Source of the DNA: Geopsychrobacteraceae bacterium
GTDB taxonomy: Bacteria > Desulfobacterota > Desulfuromonadia > Desulfuromonadales > Geopsychrobacteraceae
Assembly (NCBI GenBank): GCA_963676795.2
Contig: CAXXTB010000001.1
Location: 864,001-928,000, forward strand
Length of the DNA: 64,000 bases
Direction: 5' to 3'
The notes beneath the pieces were generated by a model that saw only the letters and a program-made list of their open reading frames with translations, was not told the origin of the DNA and searched no databases. Made by a program: the position numbers and the translations under genes. Shown here piece by piece: positions 54,788-64,000 of this stretch (position 1 is its first letter; each line of letters begins with the position of its first letter).

Positions 54788-55537
54788 ATGAGGGAAACGA
54801 CAAAAACCCGTACCCAGAGACGCATGGAAAGACGTCAGGCCGTTGTCCTGCTGGTGCTGCTGCTGGTGGCTTCGCTGGTTTGCTTCGTCGTGGGTATTTT
54901 TGTCGGTCGCCACAGCGCTGAGCGTAATTATGCCGAAAAGCTTGAGAGAGCCCAGCAGGTTCTTGTCGCTCAGGGCCAGCTGGAGGCACAGAGCCTGCAG
55001 GTGCCGGACAAGCCGGTGCCAGCTGAGCCTGAAAAGCCGATGGGTGCAGAAGACGCTGCGGCGCAGGCTCCGGAATTGACCTACGATGATCTGAGCAAGG
55101 AGCCTGAGGTTCCGGCGGAACCACTGGGAAGCGGGATTAATATGGCCCCTGAGCCGGTCAAAGAGGCGCGGCCGCCGATCGCTCTGGCTGACCAGCCGAT
55201 TGTCGCCAGGCCTGAGCCGAAGCCGGTCGCTGCACCGGTTCCACAGAAAGTTGCAGTTCCGGACCCGGTCAAGTCGGCTGAAATGCCGCGTTTTTCTCCC
55301 TCGGGCAGCCACGCGGTTCAGGTCGGCTCCTTTGCCGCCTCCAAGGATGCCATTGCTCTGAAGGAAAAGCTTCAGTCGAGTGGTTATCCGGCTTACATGG
55401 TTGAGGCGGATCTGGGTGACAAGGGGCTCTGGTATCGCGTCAAGGTCGGTCCCTATGCGGGGGGAGATATTGCCAAAGTGGCCCAGCATTACCTGGAGCA
55501 ACAGGACAAAATCAAGGGCTTTGTCACGCGAAAATAG
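54788..55537 (+). CDS. SPOR-domain cell-division protein (FtsN/DedD-like)
   Basis: N-terminal TM, Pro/Glu-rich linker, VQVGSF..A..L..L..GY, WYRVKVGPY. Confidence 0.85.
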   Translation: MRETTKTRTQRRMERRQAVVLLVLLLVASLVCFVVGIFVGRHSAERNYAEKLERAQQVLVAQGQLEAQSLQVPDKPVPAEPEKPMGAEDAAAQAPELTYDDLSKEPEVPAEPLGSGINMAPEPVKEARPPIALADQPIVARPEPKPVAAPVPQKVAVPDPVKSAEMPRFSPSGSHAVQVGSFAASKDAIALKEKLQSSGYPAYMVEADLGDKGLWYRVKVGPYAGGDIAKVAQHYLEQQDKIKGFVTRK

Positions 55538-55605
55538 TTTGAGAAAGGGTGGATTTTTTTTCTTGACATTTTTTCGTCAGAAGATTATTTTCCCTGAGCT
55601 CGTGA

Positions 55606-55682
<77 letters not shown>

Positions 55683-55715
55683 AAAATAAAACCTGGAGGC
55701 AGGTTGATATAGTTC

Positions 55716-55792
55716 GGCGGTGTAGCTCAGTTGGTTAGAGCATGCGGCTCATATCCGCAGTGTCCGGAGTTCGAATCTCTGCACCGCCACCA
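55716..55792 (+). tRNA. tRNA-Met (CAT), probably elongator
   Basis: GGCGGTG..TGCGG CTCATAT CCGCA..TTCGAAT..CACCGCCACCA cloverleaf with encoded CCA. Confidence 0.93.
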
Positions 55793-55795
55793 TTT

Positions 55796-55830
55796 AAAAG
55801 GTCCTTTCTGTTTTCAGGAAGGGCCTTTTC
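55796..55830 (+). terminator. Hairpin/terminator after the tRNA pair
   Basis: AAAAGGTCCTTTCTG-TTTT-CAGGAAGGGCCTTTT. Confidence 0.65.
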
Positions 55831-55872
55831 GTTTATAGTCATCCTGTCCGATTATCTTCGCAGAGGTCTTTC

Positions 55873-57234
55873 GTGCACGCTGAATCCCTTGTCGCCGCTA
55901 TCCGTTCAACGCTTCCCGCTCCGGGGAGCCGGGTACTTATCGGGGTTTCCGGCGGTGTTGATTCGGTCGTGCTGCTCCATCTGCTGGCCGGTCTGGCTTC
56001 TGAGTGCGGACTGGAACTGGCTGTTGCCCACCTTGATCATCAAATCCGTGAAAAAAGTCACCTTGACGCCGAGTTTGTCGCCGGCCTCTGTTCCAGCTTG
56101 GGGGTCTGCTGTTTTTGTCACGCGGTAGATGTGCCGGCGCATGCCCGGGGGGCAGGTGTCAGTCTTGAGATGGCCGGGCGTGATCAACGCCGCAGCTTTT
56201 TTGCCGCGCTGAGTGCGGAGCATGGTTTTGAGCGGATTGCGCTGGCTCATCATCAGCAGGATCAGGTTGAGACGCTGCTGTTGCGCCTGGTCCGTGGAAC
56301 CGGGGTTGCCGGTCTGGCGGCGATGAGGGAGTTGGACGGGTGCTGGTGGCGTCCCCTGCTGGGTGTCTCACGTCAGCAGATCGAAGCATATGCGCACAAG
56401 CAGGGGGTGACCTGGTGTGAGGATGATACCAATGGCGATACCAGCTATCAGCGTAACCTGATCCGTCATGAGGTTCTGCCCAGGCTGCTGTCCATGAATC
56501 CCGGCTTTGCCGGACGGATAGAGACACTGGTCGGTCAGGTTCAGACTGATGAGGATTTTTTCTCCGCACTGGTGGTCAGGACCTTTGCTGAGGTTCTGCT
56601 GTCAGATGACGACGGCCTGGAGCTTGATAGGCAGGAGTTGCTGCGGCTGCACCCGGCAGTGAGGGGGCGTGTCTGCCGTCATGCGCTCGGCCTGGTTCGT
56701 GGTGGACTGCAGGGGGTCGAAGCGGTTCATCTGCAGCAGCTCGATCAGCTTCTGCAGGGCGAGCGCAGTCAGGCTCAGCTCGATCTGCCCGGTCTCTGGG
56801 TGGCCCGGCGCTACGACAGGATCTGGCTAAGAAGGCATATGCCGGAGCGGCCAGTCTGCGCTGAGTTACCACTCTCCGTTCCCGGTCAGCTTGTCTGGAG
56901 CGGGCAGTGGTGGTTGAAAGCGTCGTTTGGTGAAAAAAGTCTGGGTGAGTCCTCTTGTGCGGTGGAATTCGATTGGGCTAAATTAGACGGACAGCTGAAG
57001 GTTCGCAGCTGGCGCTACGGGGATCGATTCCAGCCTTTGGGTATGTCCGGACATAAGCGCCTCAAGCGTCTTTTTGGCGATCTGAAAATCCCTCTGGAGG
57101 AGCGTTGCCAGCTGCCGCTGGTGACCTGCGCCGGTGAAATTCTCTGGGTTGCCGGATTGCGTCGTTCGACGCACGCCCCGGTGACTGATCAAAGTCAGAA
57201 AATAATCCGCCTTGAACTGTGCCGGATGCCTTGA
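55873..57234 (+). CDS. tilS: tRNA(Ile)-lysidine synthetase
   Basis: SGGVDS, HLDH..R, AHH..DQ.ET.L.RL.RG.G..GL, RPLL, RN.IR. Confidence 0.95.
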   Translation: MHAESLVAAIRSTLPAPGSRVLIGVSGGVDSVVLLHLLAGLASECGLELAVAHLDHQIREKSHLDAEFVAGLCSSLGVCCFCHAVDVPAHARGAGVSLEMAGRDQRRSFFAALSAEHGFERIALAHHQQDQVETLLLRLVRGTGVAGLAAMRELDGCWWRPLLGVSRQQIEAYAHKQGVTWCEDDTNGDTSYQRNLIRHEVLPRLLSMNPGFAGRIETLVGQVQTDEDFFSALVVRTFAEVLLSDDDGLELDRQELLRLHPAVRGRVCRHALGLVRGGLQGVEAVHLQQLDQLLQGERSQAQLDLPGLWVARRYDRIWLRRHMPERPVCAELPLSVPGQLVWSGQWWLKASFGEKSLGESSCAVEFDWAKLDGQLKVRSWRYGDRFQPLGMSGHKRLKRLFGDLKIPLEERCQLPLVTCAGEILWVAGLRRSTHAPVTDQSQKIIRLELCRMP

Positions 57235-57344
57235 AAACGGGGACAAAAGGCTTGTGAGGCTGTATTCTTTATGGTAGGTTTTTCAGCTAGTTTTTATTAA
57301 TTTCGAGAAGTTTTAGCCTTAAATGGAACGTCATAGGGGGTCCT

Positions 57345-59293
<1,949 letters not shown>

Positions 59294-59297
<4 letters not shown>

Positions 59298-60148
59298 AAC
59301 CAGCGGAATACCTGATTGGGCGCGAGTGTCGCCTTGATCTGACGCAGCCGCGCATCATGGGGATTCTGAACGTGACCCCCGACTCTTTTTCCGACGGCGG
59401 CTGCTATCAGGGCCCGGAAGCGGCCTTACGCCAGGCGCTCAGGATGCAGCAGGAGGGAGCAGACCTACTTGACATCGGTGGCGAAAGCACGCGGCCGGGA
59501 GCCAGCCGGATCAGTGTCGACGAAGAACTCGACCGGGTGGTTCCGATCGTCGAGCTGCTGAGCCGGGAGATCGATCTGCCGCTGTCGATCGACACGACCA
59601 AGTCTGAAGTCGCACGCGAAGCACTTGCAGCCGGTGGGCATTTCATCAATGACATCAGCGGCCTGACCTTTGATGATCAGATGGCCGGGGTCGCTGCGGA
59701 AAGCGGGGCCGGGCTTTTTGTCATGCATACCCGTGGTCGCCCCGATGTCATGCAGAATGACACGGCCTATGCCAATCTGCTCGACGAGGTGATCGCCTAT
59801 CTGCGCAAGAGTGCCGAACTGGCCCTCGTCGCCGGAGTTCCGCCGGATCACCTGGCGATTGACCCGGGCATCGGCTTCGGCAAGAGCGTTACCGGTAATC
59901 TTGAACTGATGCAGCAGTTGAGCCGTTTTCACCAGCTGGGTTACCCGATTTTACTCGGGACCTCACGCAAGAGCTTTATCGGTGCTATTCTTGAACAGAA
60001 CGATCCCCGGAAGCGCGATGCCGGCACCCTGGCGACCGTTGTTCTCGGGGTCCAGCAGGGTGTGCAGATTTACCGGGTCCATGACGTTGCCTCAGCGAGC
60101 CAGGCAGCAAAGGTTGCGTGGGCCATTCGGGAGTGTCGACTTCCCTGA
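59294..60148 (+). CDS. folP: Dihydropteroate synthase
   Basis: [43 protein letters not shown]. Confidence 0.98.
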
Positions 60149-60204
60149 TATGCTTTTTTGTATTTATCCTTCAGGCTGATTTGAATTGACAGTGCGGTGA
60201 CCTC

Positions 60205-60987
60205 ATGCTCGATGTTTTTACCAATATCCGTTATCTCGATATTATCGACATCTGCATCGTCGCCTTTATCATCTATCGGATCATCCTGCTGATCAAGGGG
60301 ACCCGGGCGGTTCAGATGCTGCTCGGCCTCGCCGTTATCCTGGTCGTCTATATTGCCTCCCGGGTGGGCGACCTGCACACCCTCAACTGGTTCCTGAGTA
60401 ACTTCCTTTCGTCGATCATCCTGGTCATCGTGGTTATCTTTCAGAATGACATCCGCCGGGCGCTGATGCATGTCGGGCGCAATCCGTTTCTGGGCGGCAG
60501 CCCTGCGGTCCATGACTCAGCCGTTATCGAAGAGTTGGTCAAGGCGGCCATGGCGCTCGGTAATCGCAAGATCGGTGCCCTGATCGCCATCGAGCGCGAG
60601 ACCGGGATCAACGATATCCTCGAGTCGGGAACCGCAATCGATGCCAGGGTCAGCAGCGACCTGATCCGGGCGATCTTCATGCCCTCTTCGCCGATCCATG
60701 ACGGAGCCCTGGTTCTTCAGCAGGGGCGGTTGACCAAGGCCGGTTGTTTTCTGCCGTTGAGTCAGGGGAGTGATCTCAACAAGGACCTCGGTACTCGCCA
60801 TCGCGCTGCTATCGGCCTGACCGAACTGGCCGATGCCATTGCCATCGTTGTTTCGGAGGAGACCGGCAAGATTTCGGTCGCCGTCAACGGCAGTATGACC
60901 CGCAATCTCGATGCGACCAGTCTGAAAAAGGTTCTCGGCCGTCTGCTCGAACCGCGCCGCGTAAAACTGAAAAGAAAGAAGGGCTGA
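60205..60987 (+). CDS. cdaA: Diadenylate cyclase CdaA (DacA)
   Basis: Three N-terminal TMs, DAC domain with HDGA and GTRHRAA, VVSEETG. Confidence 0.96.
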   Translation: MLDVFTNIRYLDIIDICIVAFIIYRIILLIKGTRAVQMLLGLAVILVVYIASRVGDLHTLNWFLSNFLSSIILVIVVIFQNDIRRALMHVGRNPFLGGSPAVHDSAVIEELVKAAMALGNRKIGALIAIERETGINDILESGTAIDARVSSDLIRAIFMPSSPIHDGALVLQQGRLTKAGCFLPLSQGSDLNKDLGTRHRAAIGLTELADAIAIVVSEETGKISVAVNGSMTRNLDATSLKKVLGRLLEPRRVKLKRKKG

Positions 60988-60991
60988 TCAA

Positions 60992-61699
60992 ATGTTCAAA
61001 TTGTTAACAGAAAATTGGACATTGAAATTGCTGTCCCTGATTTTTGCCCTGCTGCTGTGGATGTTTATTATGGGTGAGAGGCGCTTCGAGGTCGGCTTCC
61101 TCGTCCCGCTCGAAATGCAGAACATTCCTGAGGGGCTGATGATCGCCAACGAGGTGCCCAGCCAGGTCGATGTCCGGGTCAGCGGCCCCCGCACCCTGTT
61201 GATGAAGGTGACCCCGAACGATATCAGTATCGTGGTCGATCTGGTCGATCTCAAACCGGGGCTGACAACCTTCAAGCGTCTCGAGGAGCGTCTCAATCTG
61301 CCCAACGGCCTGCGCGTGACCAGACTGTCCCCCTCCTTCATCGATCTGCGCCTGGCGCGGATTCAGGAGAAGGAGGTGCCGATCAAGCCGGTGCTGATCG
61401 GAACCCCGGAGCCTGGCTATTTGCTCGGCAAGGTTTCGCTGGTGCCGGACCATGTGACCCTGGCCGGGGCTGAGACCGAACTGAAGAACGTGACCAGCGT
61501 CACAACGGATGTCATTGATCTGGAAGGGGTCAATGCGGGATTTTCGCTCATCGTGCCGCTTGTGCACCGGGGAACCTATACTTATCTTAAGGATGAAAAA
61601 ACAACCGAGGTCCAGGTTGAAATCGATGTGGATGAAAATTACCTGCGGGAGGCTGAACCCGCTGCAATGACGGATGCCGAAGAGGGTGGGAGAGAATGA
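60992..61699 (+). CDS. cdaR: CdaR/YbbR-like regulator
   Basis: N-terminal NW.LKLLSL..A..LW anchor, YbbR-like repeats, between cdaA and glmM. Confidence 0.85.
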   Translation: MFKLLTENWTLKLLSLIFALLLWMFIMGERRFEVGFLVPLEMQNIPEGLMIANEVPSQVDVRVSGPRTLLMKVTPNDISIVVDLVDLKPGLTTFKRLEERLNLPNGLRVTRLSPSFIDLRLARIQEKEVPIKPVLIGTPEPGYLLGKVSLVPDHVTLAGAETELKNVTSVTTDVIDLEGVNAGFSLIVPLVHRGTYTYLKDEKTTEVQVEIDVDENYLREAEPAAMTDAEEGGRE

Positions 61700-63060
61700 A
61701 AACCGAGAAAAAGTTATTTGGAACCGATGGTGTGCGCGGGGTCGCCAATATCGACCCGATGACGACCGAGATGGCCATGCAGTTGGGACGTGCGGCCGCC
61801 TATGTCTTCAAGAAGGACAAGAATCGCCGCCATTCCGTGGTTATCGGCAAAGATACCCGGTTGTCCGGCTATATGCTCGAGAATGCTATGGTGGCAGGGA
61901 TCTGCTCCATGGGGGTTGACGTCATGATCGTCGGTCCGTTGCCGACTCCGGGGATCGCCTTTATCACCTCGTCAATGCGTGCCGATGCCGGTGTGGTCAT
62001 CAGTGCTTCGCACAACCCCTATCAGGACAACGGGATCAAGTTTTTCTCCAACGACGGTTTCAAGCTGCCGGATGGGCTGGAAGTCGAGATTGAGGACCTG
62101 ATCATCAACCATCGTATCGACGATCTGCGTCCGGTGGCCGATGAGGTCGGCAAGGCTTACCGCATAGATGACGCAATCGGCCGTTATGTCGTCTTTCTCA
62201 AGAACACCTTCCCCAAGGATCTTGACCTGCAGGGTCTGCGTATCGTGCTCGACTGTGCCAACGGTGCTGGTTACAAGGTGGCACCGGCAGTGCTGAAAGA
62301 ACTCGGCGCTGAGGTGCTCACCCTCGGGGTGGCTCCGAACGGAACCAACATCAACGATGGCTGCGGATCGCTGCATCCTGAGGTTATGGCGGCCAAGGTC
62401 CGCGAGTATCGTGCCGATCTGGGGATCGCCCTGGATGGCGACGCTGACCGGGTGATCTTTGTCGACGAACATGGCGACGAGGTCGATGGTGACCATATCA
62501 TGGCGATCTGTGGCACTGAAATGCTCAAGGCCGGTCAGCTCAACAAGAAAACCGTGGTCGCCACGGTCATGAGTAATATGGGGCTCGAGATTGCCATCAA
62601 GAAAGCTGGTGGTAAACTGGTGCGCACCAAGGTCGGCGATCGCTATGTTGTCGAAGAGATGCTCAAGGAAGGTTACAACCTCGGTGGTGAACAGTCGGGG
62701 CACATGATCTTCCTCGATCACAACACCACCGGTGACGGCATCCTTTCGGCGCTGCAGGTGCTGGCGATCATTCAGCGCAGCGGCAAAAAGTTGTCCGAAC
62801 TGGCGCAGGTCATGACTGCACTGCCCCAGGTGCTGGTCAATGTCCGGGTGCGTAAACGGGTGGATCTGAAGGATATTGCGCCGATCAAGAAGGTCATCGA
62901 TGAGGTTGAGGCCGAACTCGGCGATAATGGCCGCGTGCTGATCCGTTATTCGGGGACCGAACCCCTGTTGCGGATCATGCTGGAAGGACCGAATCAGTCG
63001 CGGATTGAAGTACTGGCGGACATGATTGCCGACAGTGTCAAAGAGCAAATCGGCGCTTAG
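61696..63060 (+). CDS. glmM: Phosphoglucosamine mutase
   Basis: [43 protein letters not shown]. Confidence 0.98.
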   Translation: MKTEKKLFGTDGVRGVANIDPMTTEMAMQLGRAAAYVFKKDKNRRHSVVIGKDTRLSGYMLENAMVAGICSMGVDVMIVGPLPTPGIAFITSSMRADAGVVISASHNPYQDNGIKFFSNDGFKLPDGLEVEIEDLIINHRIDDLRPVADEVGKAYRIDDAIGRYVVFLKNTFPKDLDLQGLRIVLDCANGAGYKVAPAVLKELGAEVLTLGVAPNGTNINDGCGSLHPEVMAAKVREYRADLGIALDGDADRVIFVDEHGDEVDGDHIMAICGTEMLKAGQLNKKTVVATVMSNMGLEIAIKKAGGKLVRTKVGDRYVVEEMLKEGYNLGGEQSGHMIFLDHNTTGDGILSALQVLAIIQRSGKKLSELAQVMTALPQVLVNVRVRKRVDLKDIAPIKKVIDEVEAELGDNGRVLIRYSGTEPLLRIMLEGPNQSRIEVLADMIADSVKEQIGA

Positions 63061-63076
63061 AAAAAAGGAGAACTCT

Positions 63077-63793
63077 GTGCCTAAATTGGGCGTAAACGTT
63101 GATCATATCGCCACGATCCGGCAGGCTCGCGGCGTCAGTGAGCCGGACCCTGTCACTGCAGCTGCCCTGGCGGAGCTGGCCGGCGCCGACGGAATAACCG
63201 TTCATCTGCGTGAAGACCGGCGTCATATCCAGGACCGTGATGTCGAACTGCTGCGCAAAACGGTGAAGACCCGCCTCAACCTGGAGATGGCCGTTACCGA
63301 TGGGATGGTGGCTTTTGCCCTGCGCGTGCTGCCCGACTGTGTCACACTGGTTCCGGAAGGGCGCCATGAACTGACCACGGAAGGGGGGCTCGATGTCACC
63401 CTGCTGCAGAACTCACTGAAAAAGAATATCGCCCTGCTCAAGCAGGCCGGCATCATTGTCAGTCTCTTTGTTGAACCTGACATCGAGCAGATCAAGGCCA
63501 GTCACCGGGTTGGTGCCGAATACATCGAAATTCATACCGGAACCTACTGCGAAGCGCAGACCCCGGCCGAGCGCAAGACCCAGCTGGAACGGATCGCCAT
63601 GGCGATCTCCGCGGCCAAGCGGCTGGGGCTGGGGGTGAACGCAGGGCACGGACTCGATTACCGGAATGTCCGGGCGGTTGTCGAGCTGGGCGATATCGAA
63701 GAGTTTAATATCGGCCACAGCATTATCGCCCGGGCGGCCCTGGTAGGTATGGAGCGGGCCGTGCGCGAGATGTGTGCGCTGGTCAGGGGCTAG
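63077..63793 (+). CDS. pdxJ: Pyridoxine 5'-phosphate synthase
   Basis: [49 protein letters not shown] start after AAGGAG. Confidence 0.97.
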   Translation: MPKLGVNVDHIATIRQARGVSEPDPVTAAALAELAGADGITVHLREDRRHIQDRDVELLRKTVKTRLNLEMAVTDGMVAFALRVLPDCVTLVPEGRHELTTEGGLDVTLLQNSLKKNIALLKQAGIIVSLFVEPDIEQIKASHRVGAEYIEIHTGTYCEAQTPAERKTQLERIAMAISAAKRLGLGVNAGHGLDYRNVRAVVELGDIEEFNIGHSIIARAALVGMERAVREMCALVRG

Positions 63794-63796
63794 CCT

Positions 63797-64000
63797 GTGG
63801 CCGTCCGTGGCCTGGGCACTGATCTGGCCCGGATAGAGCGTTTCCGTAAGTTTATCGAACCGGAAAATGGCGTCCTGTTGCGGGTCTATACCGCTCAGGA
63901 ACGCCACTACTGTCTCACCAAGCGCGATCCTGCTCCTTACCTGGCAGCCCGTTTTGCCGCTAAAGAGGCATTTCTCAAAGCTCTGGGGACCGGCCTGCGC
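63797..64000 (+). CDS. acpS: Holo-ACP synthase (partial, runs off window)
   Basis: Manual translation MAVRGLGTDLARIERF..YLAARFAAKEAFLKALGTG. Confidence 0.93.
   Translation, partial: MAVRGLGTDLARIERFRKFIEPENGVLLRVYTAQERHYCLTKRDPAPYLAARFAAKEAFLKALGTGLR

Noticed and set aside
55716..55792. CAT-anticodon tRNA next to tilS as tRNA-Ile2
   Set aside because: The acceptor stem GGCGGTG resembles elongator tRNA-Met and lacks the C4/C5 pattern usual for TilS substrates; a tRNAscan-SE isotype model would settle it.

Overview
A 64-kb bacterial chromosome segment, moderately GC-rich. The c7-type cytochrome, the TrpD insertion, the cdaA-cdaR-glmM-pdxJ-acpS order and the repeat elements point to a Desulfuromonadales-like deltaproteobacterium (inference). 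Contents left to right: a beta-CASP nuclease, an aldo-keto reductase, transporters, msrB, an EAL-HDOD protein and a triheme cytochrome. Next is a complete type I-C CRISPR-Cas locus on the minus strand (cas3 | cas5-cas8c[cas11c]-cas7-four-helix-bundle-cas4-cas1-cas2-leader-array of 28 repeats and 27 spacers). Then EamA/MATE transporters, FMN riboswitch-ribB, a cluster of palindromic non-coding elements, an Eda paralogue with a rewired active site, a basic amino-acid decarboxylase and a TRAP-linked L-galactonate/altronate catabolic operon with its FadR-type regulator. The rest is a MITE, a TetR-RND efflux operon and a core block (trpDCFB-helicase-trpA-accD-folC-lptD-ftsB-argS-SPOR, 2 tRNA-Met, tilS-ftsH-folP-cdaA-cdaR-glmM-pdxJ-acpS). 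The best find is the 179-bp cas3-cas5 gap. It hides a degenerate mini-CRISPR (repeat-like unit, 24-nt guide, second hairpin) transcribed from its own sigma70-like promoter. The guide matches a TTC-PAM-flanked site 7 bp upstream of that promoter's -35 box, with mismatches only at positions 6 and 12 over the first 15 nt. This predicts RNA-guided autorepression of the Cascade operon.
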